The notes beneath the pieces were generated by a model that saw only the letters and a program-made list of their open reading frames with translations, was not told where the DNA came from and did not search any database. From Octopus sinensis (Eukaryota), in contig NC_043005.1 of NCBI RefSeq assembly GCF_006345805.1, forward strand, positions 23,498,001-23,562,000: a DNA stretch of 64,000 nucleotides. Reading direction: 5' to 3'. The position numbers and the translations under genes are program-made. Within the stretch, counting starts at the first letter, position 1; each line of letters starts with the position of its first letter. Positions 51,640 through 64,000 of this stretch are shown one piece after another.

Positions 51640-52268
51640 ACTACATTCAATCTCATCACTCTATCCACAAACCTAATGCAGAATACATGATGGCTTCTAC
51701 AATAATAATAAAAAAAAAAACCCTCCCGCATTCTAATTTCCATTAACCCCCTATATGAGGAGTAGTGTTGGCTAATTTCAAGAAGTGTGGGATTTTTGAA
51801 GGATGCAGTGTCCTGCATCACTGTAGTTAGTTTATTCCATGCTTCAACAATTTGGAGCATGAAAAAATATTTTGTGAAAGCCATGGGTATTGCACAGATA
51901 GGTGAGTTTATAAGCATGTCTGCAGCTGGTAGAGATGTTGGATTGAAAAGAAGTGGCCATTTTAATGGAGAATTCAGAGTTCTTCTAGAAAGCCACACAT
52001 TAGGGCCCCTAGGGCTGCAGGTTTCTCACTCCTGATTTACACCTACAAATATGACAAGCTAATGAAGGGGTCTTAGTATGGTTGTTTGAACATTTAGAAA
52101 TAGCAGTCAGATCTTCCTCAAACTATTATCATCATTTACATTTACTTTTCCATGCTGGTAGGTTTTATGAGTGGATGCACCTCGAAGGGTGCTGCTATGT
52201 ATACACAGACATCCTAGACCACATTCAGAAAAGGGCCACAGACACGCTCCTACCCCTACCTACTGGCG
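51640..52268 (-). mobile_element. CR1-like LINE 3' fragment
   Basis: KYFFMLQIVEAWNKL...SFK resembles the CR1 C-terminal FF..RVV..WN.L motif. Confidence 0.5.
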
Positions 52269-53004
52269 AGGTTACTGTAGCTGTCACTTGTGTCAACTGC
52301 AGAGAAAATGAGCAGGAGAAATTGATTTGCTATCATCATCATCATCACCACCACTGCCAACAGTCATCACAACCAGTTATTAATGTCGCCCATCACCCCT
52401 ACCGTTGTCATTACCATCACTATCACCATCACCAACATGATCAATATCCCCCACCAAAATCTCTTATTTTTGTATGGTACTATAATGTCCTTTGCTCCTC
52501 AGAGCTAGCTGGGGGTCATGCTATCTCACTCATATTCTAACCCTATTTGCCTCTTGTCCTCTCCTCTACTCAGGGCCTACATCCAGTTTTACCTTTTTAA
52601 AACCTTGACCCTCTGGGATTCCCTCCCTGTTCATTATTTTCCCCACAGATATTGGCTTGCAATGGTTCAAGTGGAATATTAACAACATCAATATTGCAGG
52701 TTATGCAGGGCCTGTGAAGGCCTTGGGTACTACCCCTTTCTCTGAAACTAGTAAAAAAAAAAAAAAAAAGTAACTTTATTCCTCAACTTAAATTGTAATT
52801 TAGCCAGGTTACTGTAGCTGTCACTTGTGTCAACTGCAGAGAAAACGAGCAGGAGAAATTGATTTGCTATCATCATCATCATCATCATCACCACCACTGC
52901 CAACAGTCATCACAACCAGTTATTAATGTCGCCCATCACCCCTACCGTTGTCATTACCATCACTATCACCATCACCAACATGATCAATATCCCCCACCAA
53001 AATC
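52269..53004 (+). repeat. A-X-A structure: 193/199-bp direct repeats (52269-52461, 52806-53004) around a LINE 3' end with poly(A)
   Basis: The repeats differ by one substitution and two CAT units. X reads TLTLWDSLP..FP and has a poly(A) run near 52753-52769. Confidence 0.88.
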
Positions 53005-53222
53005 ACTTCCGTCACCCTTAATTATCACCACCACCACCACCATTATCCCCCTCTTCCTTCTCCTCCCCCTCCACATCCTCGTCATCATCATCATCATCAT
53101 TACATTCACTATCACCGGAAGAAAGAGGGGGAAAGAGCTCTCTAAATAGCAAAATCCAAAGTTTTGTAGTGAATGTTGGCAGAGTTACGTCCCTTGTCAA
53201 TCTGTTATCATCAATAACAGAA
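53004..53222 (+). promoter_or_regulatory. Putative ELOA promoter/5'UTR with two ETS-type motifs (CACTTCCG 53004-53011, ACCGGAAG 53114-53121)
   Basis: Motifs are seen directly upstream of the ELOA ATG. ETS sites are common in housekeeping promoters. Function is inferred. Confidence 0.35.
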
Positions 53223-53297
53223 ATGGCAGATATTAATGCTCAACAGAAATTGATGAAATGTCGAGCTTATTTAGAAGGCAATCCAACCGACGTTAAG
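53223..53297 (+). CDS. ELOA: Elongin A exon 1 (MADINAQQKLMKCRAYLEGNPTDVK)
   Basis: gaaATGG start, 75 nt, donor AAG|gttaat at phase 0. Aligns by eye to the 25-aa Elongin A N-terminus preceding LLKYLKKL. Confidence 0.68.
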
Positions 53298-53717
53298 GTT
53301 AATATCAATATTAATATTTAAAAACAAAATTCATTACGTTACAGTTTATTGTTTTTATAGATTTTTATTTGGATTTAAAAAAATACGTCGTAAGCAAAAT
53401 TATAGATATTTCTTTTATTATTTTTACAATTTATAGAATAAGACCTATTCTTCTTTTATCGTGTATATATTCATTTTTCCATTCGATCTTCTAATGATTT
53501 TTCTATCACGTTAGACTTTTCGTTGATTATTGGACTAATTAATATTGTCCAGGTGTGTATCCAACTGGATTACATGTTTAACTTGTATTCAACAAACACC
53601 GATGACTATTATACACACCAAATGCAATATCTATGTCGTTATATATATTTCTATTTTAATCGCCTCACCCTCTCTTTATAAATATAAGTGTCTTTATATC
53701 TATATACCTATAATATA

Positions 53718-53750
<33 letters not shown>

Positions 53751-53788
53751 GATTGTAATGTTATCTACCTGTCTATCACACGCATATA

Positions 53789-53861
<73 letters not shown>

Positions 53862-53899
53862 GTGTGTGTTTCTGCAATTTAATTCTTAGTAATTCTAAG

Positions 53900-54575
53900 T
53901 TCGTGTTGTAATACAATACTGAAAATGATAATTGAAGTTCTCTTCAGAGACGAGACTTGTTTCTGTTACGATTCCTGCTTCAAACGTTTAACATCTCTTT
54001 ACGTCACCAGAAAATTTCCCTTATATAATAAATGAAACTACCCACTCTCTCCTCTTGTCACAGCGTCGTCCTGATCTGGTTACTAGAAAAACTTTTGCAC
54101 TATAAATCTAACCGGATATGAGCTAACAATGGTTCGAATCCAGTTAGGTCTGTTTTGATTTTGATGTCAAAATCTTATTCTATCGTTCTCTTTTACCGAA
54201 CGATATCCCAGGGCCCCAATAATTACCGGTATAAATCTGAACTTGTAATCTGGATAGAGTAACAGTAGATTTTTCAATAATTCAGCATAGGTATTTTCTT
54301 TTTCGCTGATCTTTTAGTTTTATGTTAACATCCGCTGGGCAGCTGATTTCCACAACTGTACACAGTTTCTCTTCTCTATCTCAAATCACCATCTCAGTTC
54401 TATTATCTTTACATTTTACTGAGGTTTTCACTGGGATTTTCCACCAACACTCCTTTTTATTATGAGTGGCTATGGCTTCTACCATACTGTGGGTTCTTAT
54501 TTCTTTGGCCTTGGGGTTATCCTTCTGATGGATCTCATTATACAGTGTCCTAGCTACAACATCATATTTCATCTG
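53900..54575 (-). mobile_element. 3' fragment of a second restriction-like-endonuclease non-LTR element (R4/NeSL/R2 group) in ELOA intron 1
   Basis: YDVVARTLY, NRTEMVI, VVEISCPAD, KENTYAEL, FIPVIIGALG. Confidence 0.75.
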
Positions 54576-55049
54576 TAGATACTACAGTGGTATGTATGCA
54601 TGCATGCATCAATCAATCATCGTTGTCGCTTTTATGTCTAGTTTTTCATGCTGTATGGGTCAGACAATTTGTTGAGGCAATTTTTTATGGCCAGATGTCC
54701 TTTTTGTCTTCCCCTACTTGTTTCCAAGCAAGGTAATTTTTCCTCATTGCTGAACATGTTTTTACAGAAGATTGTAAGCAAAAGACACTGTTTTACAATG
54801 TAGCGTCAAGACAAAGAGACACCTCCTCACACAGATATGTGTACATATAAAATACAATGGGCTTCTTTCATTTTCCCTCTACTAAATCTACTCACAAAGC
54901 TTTGATTGGCCTAGAGTTATAGAAGACCCTAAGCCAATCAAAGCCTTGTGAGTGGTCCAAGGTATGGCCCAAGGACCCAGACCATGGGACTAAATCCATG
55001 AATGAAAAGGCTCTGCATATCTCAATGAAGAATCAATGTAACGAGGCCT

Positions 55050-56890
55050 TTGATGTGATGCAGCTGCTGGATGCTATCAAGAGGAAAGTTTAGAGTCAAC
55101 TTGAACTAAGGTGATGAAGACTACAGTTCACTGGTCCAGAAAAGTAAAAGCTGCGTGTGGACGATGAGAACTGCAAGCCAGCTGGAGCCTGATGGAAGAA
55201 TCTCAGAAGAGATGAAGAAAATGCTAGAGAAAGGGGGAAACTGTGAAGAGGAGCATGAAAGATCCACCTGAGTGTTTAGTTCTCTGCAAAGCAATCAAAC
55301 AACATCTAGAAAATGACTTTGAGAATTATAGATTGAAGAAGATGATACAGGATGCAGAGGAAAGGAAAAGTTTAGAAAGATGCAAGAGAGAGCTGGTGCT
55401 CTCTAGGTCAGATGTGATGGCAATTAACAAGGATAGGCTTACAGTGAGAGACAAAGAGGAATAGAAATATGTGACCTATGACACCAGCCTTTTGAAATCA
55501 TTAGTGAAGCTTGATCCTCCACCCTTACAAATGTTAGAAGTGCCACCTATTTTGACCAGTAAAATAGAAAATGTTTTCAATTTGATGAAAGCAGTTAAAG
55601 CTCCAGGAAGAGATGGCATAACAACAGAGATGTTAAAGTGCTGACATGAAAATCCTCATTCTACACTTCAGTTACTATCTGAAGGAAGGTAAAATACCTT
55701 TTGCTGTGGAAAGAGTTGAGTACCATCTTGCATTGTAAGAAGGGTAATAAAGAAGATTTAAGAAATTATCACTCCATATGCATCTTCTCTCATCTCTATA
55801 AGTTGTTTATGAAGATCATAGTCCCTAGACTATTGAAGCATCTTGACAATCAGCAGCTGAGGTAGAAAACAAGTTTATGCATAAACTACAATACAATAGA
55901 TCACATATTCAATCTAACACAGCTTATAGAAGGAGTGAAAGAGTAGAAGGCTGTCTCTGTATTGCCTTCGTCACGATAAACACTATGCTGACATCTCAGG
56001 AAATGCAAGGTATTGAGCTGCAATTCATCAAACTGCTCAGGGATGCATACTCTGGAGGTACCACTGATGTATCTTTGCTGTTGCCACAAGTATGAGTTCC
56101 AATTGGGAAGGGTATTAAACAAGATAATACCATATCTCCAAAACTCTTCGCTGCATGTCTAGAAATGGTCATCACAGACATTGACTGGACAGGTGGCATA
56201 AACATCAATGTTGAGCTCCTAATACACCTCTGATTTGCACATGACATTGTACTCATCAGTGAAACGACAGGTCAGTTGTAGACCATGCTGACTGTGCTAG
56301 ATACTCATAGCTCAGCAGTAGGCCTTAAAAGGAACTATATGAAAACAAAATACATGTGATCTGAAAACATAGCACAAGGTTAAGTAGAGGTGGTAAGCAA
56401 AGAAATTGCAAAAGTAAAGGAGTATGTCTACTTTAGGTATACAATTGATATACATGGGTGCCAAAATCTGAAGGAGAGTAAGAGTAGGATGGAAGGCATT
56501 GACCTAAAACTGCACAAGACTCTGTGCCAAACTCTTCAACAGCACTATCCTACCTCTGCTCTTATATACAAGTAAGATGTGAGCTACTCTGAAGAGGGAA
56601 AAACATTGATTGGCTACAATACAAAGGGCAATGGAAATAACATTGCAAAAACACACCTGGAATAAGATAATTCGAGAATGGTGTAGAGTGAAATACTGAT
56701 AGCACAAGTTCTAGTGTGCTGGATATGTTGCAAGATTCACAGACAACAGGTGGGCTCATGCAATTGCCAAGTGGTATCCATGAGAAGGCTTCCATGATGA
56801 TTAAGTCAAACAATTTGGGCCAAGATGGGAAAAAAATGGTGCGGTGAAGAAAGAATTGGAAACATATTATCATCAAAGACATGTAATAAC
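55050..56890 (+). mobile_element. Degenerate RTE-type LINE RT and C-terminus (different family from 11652)
   Basis: KAPGRDGITTEMLK, NY..I..LSHLYKLF, GIKQDNTISPKLF, with many stops. Confidence 0.75.
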
Positions 56891-58319
56891 ATCTGATAGT
56901 CTGGTAAGACAGTGATCAGTGCAACATGGTCTATGACTACAGAAGATTTGTGAAGGCTTGAAAGAAATGAAGCTAGCATGCTCCACTGGATGGGTAATGT
57001 CAGTGTGCTCACACGACAGATTGTAAATGATGAGGAAAACTGGGTATAAGGGGCATCAGATGTAGGGTTCAAGAGAGAAGACTGTGCTGGTTTGGTCATA
57101 TTGATGGGGATAGCTGCTTAAAAAAGGGGTGAGAAAGGATCTTCTGATGTTGGGCCTCACTGAGGAAATGATAAAGGACTGGGAGTTGTGGTGATTTGCT
57201 GTACTTGAGGAGATGCTTCAAGCTAAGTAAATATTGGGGCCATCCATACATACAGGTATGCACCTTTGTAGGTGCTGATGCCATGTAATATGCACTTGTA
57301 CCAGTGCTATGTAAAATGTACTTGTCCTGGTGCCATGTAAAATGCACTTGTGCCACTGCTGCATAAATGCACTCTTACTAGTGTTGTTTAAATGCACCGA
57401 TGCCAGTGGCATGTAAAAAGCACTCAGCACATTCTGTAAAGTGGTGGGCGTTAGGAAAGGTATCCAGCTATAGAAACCATGCCAAGACAGACTACTGGAG
57501 TCTGTACAGCTCCCTGGATGGCCAACTCCTGTTGAACTATTCAGCCCATGCAAGCACGGAAAATGGATGTTAAATGATGATGATGACATATATATATATA
57601 TTAATATTAAGGCAATGAGCTGGCAGAAATGTTAGCACACTGGGTGAAATGCTTAGCAGTATTTCATCAGTCTTTATGTTCTGAGTTCAAATTCCACCGA
57701 CGTCGACTTTGCCTTTTATCCTTTCAGGTTCAACAAATTAAGTACCAGTTATGTAGTGGTGTCAATCTAATCGCCTGCCCCACCTCCTCAAAAATTTTGG
57801 GCCTTGTGCCTAGAGTAGAAAAGGATATATATATGTATATGCACAAATGGGTGCAGAGATACCCACACAAATACATACAGACTTACACAGCTACACTCAC
57901 ATGCAGACACAAACTCTATCTTATACTTGAGGTACATGCATCACACATGCATATGCCCTTACATAGATATGGATATACAGTCAATAAGCAAATATGGGTA
58001 CAGTCATCCATACACCCAACTGATATGATCAATAAAACAGCTTGCTCGTGAAATTAATGTGCAAGTGACTGAGCAATCCACAGACACGTGTACCCCAAAT
58101 GTAGTTCTCAGGGAGATTCAGTGTAACACGGAGTGTAGCAAGGCTGGCCCTTTGAAATACAGGTACAATTTATTTTTGCCAGCTGAGTGGACTGGAGCAA
58201 CATGAAATAAAGTGTCTTGCTCAAGGACACAACGCGTCGCCGGGAATTGAACTCATGACCTTACAATCTTGAGTTGAATGCCCTAACCACTAAGCCACGT
58301 GCCTTCACACACACACAAG

Positions 58320-58780
58320 CACATGGTGTGGGTTATGGTCTAGTTACCCATGTTGTTAATCAGGTGGTTCATGAAGGAATCATACCCAATGACTGGTATA
58401 GCAGCACTGTAGTCAACTGCTATAAAGGTAAAGGTGATGCCTTAGAAATATTTACAGAGGTATCAAATTGTTGGATCAGGGAATGAAAGTTATGGAGAGC
58501 ATCATAGCCCAACTAATGAGGGAGAGAGATGAGATGCAGTTTGATTTTGTGCCAGGGAGAAGCACCACTGATGCCATATTTCTTGTAAGGCAGCTGCAGG
58601 AGAAAGACATAGTCAAAGATAAAAATCTGTACTTGGCCTTTGTTGACTTAGAGAAAGCCTTTGATAGGGTCTTCTGATCCCTTATCTGGTGGTCAGTGTG
58701 GAAACTATGGATAGATGAGTTGTTGGTGAGAGCTGTACAAGTTATGTATAGTAAGGTGAGGGTTGGCAATGTGTACAGTA
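58320..58780 (+). mobile_element. RTE LINE RT fragment, same family as 11652-13700
   Basis: IPNDWYSSTVVNCYKGKGDAL, QFDFVPGRSTTDAIF, FVDLEKAFDRV. Confidence 0.88.
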
Positions 58781-59733
58781 GACCCAAGAAGATGTGATGA
58801 AGCATGATCTTCGAACTTTGAGCCTCACAGAAGCAATGACTGGTGACCGAGACCTTCGGCTATATGCTGTGCTTAAGAAGATCTTTCAAGCCACGTAAAA
58901 TCGTAGTCATAGCTGGTGCTGGTATCATGTAACTGGCACTCGTGCCAGTGGAATGTAAAGAGCACCTTTGGGTCTTATGGAAGCAAAGTGGCTGGGTTCT
59001 TTTCAAGCATTGAGCCTCATAGAGGGAATGACTGAGACTTTTGGCATTATGTTGTGTTTGAGGAGAAGACCCATCAAGCCGAGCAAAATCGTAGTTGTAG
59101 CAGATACTGGTGTCACACAAATGGCACCTGTACCAGTGGCACGTAAAAGCACCCATTATACTCTCGGAGTGGTTGGCGTTAGGAGGGACATCCAGCTGTT
59201 GAAAACCATGCCAAATCAGACTGGAGTCTGATGCAGCCTTCCAGCTTACCAGCCCTGGTCAAACAGTCAAACCCATGCTAGCATGGACAATGGAAGCTAA
59301 ATAATAATAATAATAATGATGATGATGGTGATATATATGTGTGTATATATATGCAATACCTATACATAAAGGATATATGTATAGGTATTGCTTCAAGATG
59401 TGTCATCCAACCCATGTCAACAGAGAAAAGCAGATGTAAAATGATGAGGATGTTATATACATGTATGTAGATGTATCTTATAAAGATGATTATGCATCAG
59501 TGTGTATATACATAACTGAAATAACTTCTCCTTTTATTCACCTCCCTAAACTTACACCATTTCTAAAGGTAAGCACTTTGTTGAAGTAATGGACTGATTA
59601 TTTTGCTAGTTCATCTACCAATGTGCCTATTTTTCTTTTCTGTATTAAATTGATGTTTATCATAAGTTTATCTTTAAAAAGTGTGTGTTTTGTAGAGCAT
59701 GAATTAAAAAAAATTATTGATTTCTCATTGCAG

Positions 59734-59790
59734 TTGCTTTACATTTTTAACAAATTATTACGGTTCCCAGTGACTATTGATATTTTACAG
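59734..59790 (+). CDS. ELOA: Elongin A exon 2, TFIIS-N domain (LLYIFNKLLRFPVTIDILQ)
   Basis: Acceptor tttctcattgcag and donor CAG|gtaaga. 57 nt, phase 0/0. TFIIS N-terminal L..L...P.T.DIL motif. Confidence 0.88.
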
Positions 59791-62357
59791 GTAAGAACAT
59801 TGATAATTATATTTATTCATTGTGTTATTATTTCTAAGGTGGTAAGCTGGCAGAATCATTAGCGTGACTGGCAAAATATTTAGTGGTTTAAACCTTATTA
59901 CAAGAACTCATTGCTTTATTCTACTTGCTCATAGCACATATTCTGCTTGATTTTATGCTCCAGCCTTATTTCACAGTTGAATGGTTAAAAATAGGAAGGG
60001 TATCGCAAAGTTGAAAAAACAATTGAGCCAATAAGAAAACTGTCTCATTTTCTTTGATGGCGTAGGTTGAATAGGTTGTTACAGTCCAAGCCAGTCCTTA
60101 TTTGGCGAGCTGGGTCTAAGGTTCTTCATTCAAATCTAATCCAGAACCTAGTGCATATCCTGGAAAGTTCTGAACACCTGATGATAATCAAACAGCAAAC
60201 ATAGCACAGATATATAACAATATAGCAATATATAACAATATAGCACAGATATATAACAATAATAAATAGTAAATACACACTTTAAAGATGAGATTAATTG
60301 TCTTGTAAATTGTAATGTTAGTAATAACAAACATCTGAGACATTTAGATGAAATGTCTATTGATCCACTTCATTTAACAAAACAAAACACAAGTCCTATA
60401 TCTACTGTGATTAGTATTAGCAAAGGGCTTCTATTTTTATTGGTTCCAGTGAAAATGAAATAATTTCACTTATTTTTGCAGGCTGGTGAAGTTGATGATG
60501 TTGCTGTCCAGTTTCAGCATCTGCATTTTGATGCCTGTGATTATGTATTCAGCACTGTTGATAATTAATTGGAAAAAATAGTTTATCAGAATGGTGAACT
60601 AAAGAACCGTATATTTTCTGTCTTTTTGTTTGTTTTTAACAACTTTACACGGTTATCCCTTTTTGATACCAACTTACTTGAAACAACCTTTAGTTGTATG
60701 ATACAAATTGTCTGTTTTAAATTGACCTAAATTGAAACTTTCCATTAAAATTTTGTGTCAATTTATATTCCAGACACAATTTTAATAATGAAAAAGTTGT
60801 TGTAATAAAGTCTTCATTATTTTCAAAATAAAAATGGAAACAAAATTATTGTATTTCGAAATTGTTGATGTAGCAGGATTTTTTCTGAAAGAATTACTTG
60901 TAATGAAAGAAGTTTATCTCTCATCTACAGTTTCTTAAAAACTAGATTATTTATCTCAGAAAATAGATTTCTTTTGTAAAATTTAGAATTGCAAAGAGAA
61001 TAAAATAAGAAGAAAGATAATCTAAATTTACTTTGGATTTACCTTCTGTCTGTATAAATTATATTTTGTTGTGCTGGCTTCAGTGACACAAACTTTTTGC
61101 CACAGTCAACTTCTACGAAACCTAAAATTGGTTTTATGGTTAATATAGATTGGAGTGTGCGAGTTTATATCCTGAGTTCAAATCCTGCCAATGTTGACTT
61201 TGCTTGTCATCCTGCTTGTGTCAATGAATTAATTATTAGTTATATAATTCAATATCTATCTGTCTGTCGTCATTGTCGTTTTACGTCCACTTTCCATGCT
61301 GGAATGGGTTGAACAGTTTGACTGAGGACTGGTGAGCCAGAGGCTGCACCAGGCTCAATCTGATCTGGCAAAGTTTCTACAGCTGGATGCCCTTCTTAAC
61401 ACCAACCACTCGGAGAGTGTAGTGGGTGCTTTTACATGCCACTGGCATGAGGGCCAGTCAGGCGGGTACTATCAGTATATATTAAATATATATCTAACTA
61501 TTCTCAAATATCAAAATAACAATGAATTGGCAGGGTTATTGCAATGACAGATAGAACAGCTCATGGTATTTGTTCCAACTCTGTGAGCTCTGAGTTCAGA
61601 TCTTGCCCAGGTCAACTTTGCCTTTTATTCTTTTAAGGTCAATAAATACCATGCCAGTCCATATGGGTGATTTTTGGAATTATTAGAGCATTGGATGAGA
61701 TGACTTGTGGTATTTGTTCTGTTCATTGTGTTTTGAGTTCAAATTCTACATAAGGTGCTGATGTGCAGAGCCAATTACTCAACTACAAATGTGCTCTAGT
61801 GAACCTGCAATTGGCCAATATTGGTTTATAGACAGGTTGGCTTATAGTTAGAACCTCCATTGGTTAAAGTTGACCATTTATCTGTACATGTATGTATAGG
61901 CTTGGGCAAGATTTTTTGAAGAAGACTGCCAGTTTCCCATGTAAGCATGTCTTCCCTCTCCATGCCATGTTTATCTAAGAGTAAGGCTGCTGACTTAGGC
62001 TGATACAACTTGGCACTGGTCTCGTCACAGATGTTGCTGTCAGAATGTAAAGAGCCAGAGCAGATACCAATCTTCTAACCCTTGAATTGTACTTTTTGCT
62101 ATCAATCCTGAAACTAAGCAAGACAAAGGCGACCTTTGGCAGGATTTGAATTTAAAGTACAAAGAGAACAAGTGATGCAAGCTATACTGTCTGATGCTCC
62201 AATGGCTTCACTGCCTTGCTGAGCTTATAACCACCAAAGTTAAGTTGCTAATGGTATGCTGAAGCTATCAGTCAGCAGTAGAACAACACTAATTGAATGG
62301 AACGAATGTAGGTAATGTTCTTTCTTATATTATATTTTTTTTTTGTCATTTTGCCAG

Positions 62358-63095
62358 TCGACTGGAATTGGAAAAGCTGTCAACTCATTTAGAAAGCGTG
62401 AAGGTGAGATTGGGGAGAAAGCACGAGCTGTGGTAACTTTGTGGAAATCTTTAGTGTCAAAACAAGAAAACAATCTCACAGACAAACGGTCAGTAAGTAG
62501 TAGTTCATCTCCATATAATTCCACATCCACGGAACAATCTGGCAAGACTTCATCTGATGATGAGAAAACCACTCCTTGCCGAACAAAACGTCAGTCTTCT
62601 CCTCAATCTTCTCCTCAACCAAGATCTTCCACAAAAGAATGTGATAAAACTTCTGAAAATATCAAAGAGAGGAAAAAGCACCAGAGCAGCAAAAGCAATT
62701 CAGAGACTTCCAGATCACCAGAAAAGAAAAACAAAACTGTCAGTGATTCAAGCAAAGAACATCATCAGAGTTCAAAGAGTAAAAGTGAGTCTGAGAGCAA
62801 AGCAAAAGTAAAGAAATCACAGAATCTCAAAAGGAAGAAAAAATCTGCGGGAGATGGCTTGAGTTTTGAGGACTTTATGAACTATGATGATTCAGCAATG
62901 AAGAAAAAGTTTAAGAAAAAGAAACATGACAAAGATGATAGTAGTAAGTCTTCAAAAGAAAAGAAAGAATTGAACTCTCCTAAAGATAGTAGTAAAAGTC
63001 ATTCATCCTCCTCCAGTTTACAATTAAGTAAAAAATCCAAAGAGCCTAAAAGTAGCACATCTCATGTTTTACATGTGCCTTCAGCTTCCAAAGAG
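62358..63095 (+). CDS. ELOA: Elongin A exon 3 (STGIGKAVNSFRK...WKSLV followed by a Ser/Lys-rich low-complexity region); gene continues beyond the right edge
   Basis: Acceptor ttttgccag and donor GAG|gtaagt. 738 nt open. TGIGKAVNxFRK and ARxVVxxWKxLV complete the TFIIS-N fold. GLSFEDFMNYD resembles the Elongin A central motif. Confidence 0.88.
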
Positions 63096-63339
63096 GTAAG
63101 TCTTAAAATAATTTTGTTATAATTAAAAGCAGTGGATGACGAACAGAACTGATAAACACAGTTCTCTATTTAAGAGATGAGGAATTATGTACATTATTTA
63201 CATTTGACGGATATTTGTCCTCATCTTGTTTATTGTTAACACAACGTTTTGGTTGATATACCCTCCAGTGTTCATACCAGGTGTCTTGGGGAAATTTTGA
63301 ACCTGGGTTCTCATTCTAAAAAAAAAAAAGAAAAGCCTG

Positions 63340-63583
63340 TGGGCATATGGCATAGGGGTTAAGAGCATGGGCTACTAATCCCAAGATTCTGAGTTCGATT
63401 CCAAGCAGTAACTTGAATAATAATAATAATAATAACATCGCAAAATACCTTAGGAATGCAAATCCAGTTTTGAAATTTCCCCAAGACACCTGATGAAGGC
63501 TGGAAGGTATATCTGCCGAAACGTTGTGTTAACAACAAACAAGATGAGGACTAATATCCATCAAATGTAAATAATGTAAATAA
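63340..63583 (+). mobile_element. tRNA-headed element (A-box 63348-63358, B-box 63391-63402), then (TAA)n, then a Penelope-pLTR-like arm with hammerhead; inverted arm at 63184-63319
   Basis: Pol III boxes and an approximately 135-bp inverted repeat seen directly. Confidence 0.7.
63485..63530 (+). ncRNA. Minimal type I hammerhead ribozyme
   Basis: GACAC-CUGAUGA-A-GGC..GCC-GAA-AC/GU-U^-GUGUU. The core boxes are intact, stem I is GACAC/GUGUU, and stem III is the palindromic ACGU. Confidence 0.65.
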
Positions 63584-64000
63584 GAACTGATAAAGTTCCA
63601 GGTGAATGGTCTTGAAGTATTTTGTTATTTCTCTTTGTTGAAATCCTACCGAGATTATTAACTTTGTCTTTTATCTTTCTGGGTTGATGAAATAAAGTAC
63701 CATTCATGTACTGAGGTTCATTTAACCAACTATATTCTTTCACCTGGTATTTTTTTGTCAGAAACTATTATATTTATATGAAGTTTTTGTCTTTTTAAAA
63801 CTATTGAATGTAGTTGTTGAGTAGCTGAGTGGAGAAGAGTAGTGGGTCTTGAGGTTGCAGGGCAAATATTCTGTATTGTTTACTCTTTTACTTGTTCCAG
63901 TCATTTGACTGTGGTCATGCTGGAGCGCTGTCTTTAGTTGAGCAAATCGACCCCAGGACTTATTCTTTGTAAGCCTAATACTTATTCTATTGGTCTCTTT

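Noticed and set aside
52082-53149. His-rich protein ORFs (152 aa and 96 aa)
   Set aside because: They derive from a duplicated CAT/CAC microsatellite block and SINE/LINE remnants.
62557-62811. Alternative overlapping 84-aa ORF
   Set aside because: An off-frame reading of the purine-rich ELOA exon, with no independent evidence.

Overview
AT-rich, repeat-dense animal genomic DNA, very probably Octopus (inferred from recurring SINE families and microsatellite load). No prokaryotic features. By reading splice sites I reconstructed three intron-rich genes that the ORF track mostly misses. (1) A UBE2U-like E2 ubiquitin-conjugating gene on the minus strand: CDS exons 8882-8941, 6265-6349, 550-642, continuing off the left edge. 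(2) A complete 5-exon ZGLP1-like GATA zinc-finger gene on the plus strand, 28845-49439, 271 aa, head-to-head with UBE2U. (3) The first three coding exons of Elongin A (ELOA) on the plus strand: 53223-53297, 59734-59790, 62358-63095. The rest is mobile DNA. It includes a three-layer nest (RTE LINE, then an LTR-less Gypsy-like element, then a structurally complete CsRn1-clade LTR retrotransposon with 4-bp TSD and tRNA-Trp PBS). It also includes a Dong/R4 element in a (TAA)n array, four Tc1/mariner elements, Helitron pieces, many SINEs, and four inverted-repeat elements carrying telomere-like repeats (three with 8-bp TSDs). The most unusual single observation is a tRNA-promoter-headed element ending in a minimal type I hammerhead ribozyme with an inverted partner copy (63184-63583). 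All alignments were done by eye, and family assignments need database confirmation.
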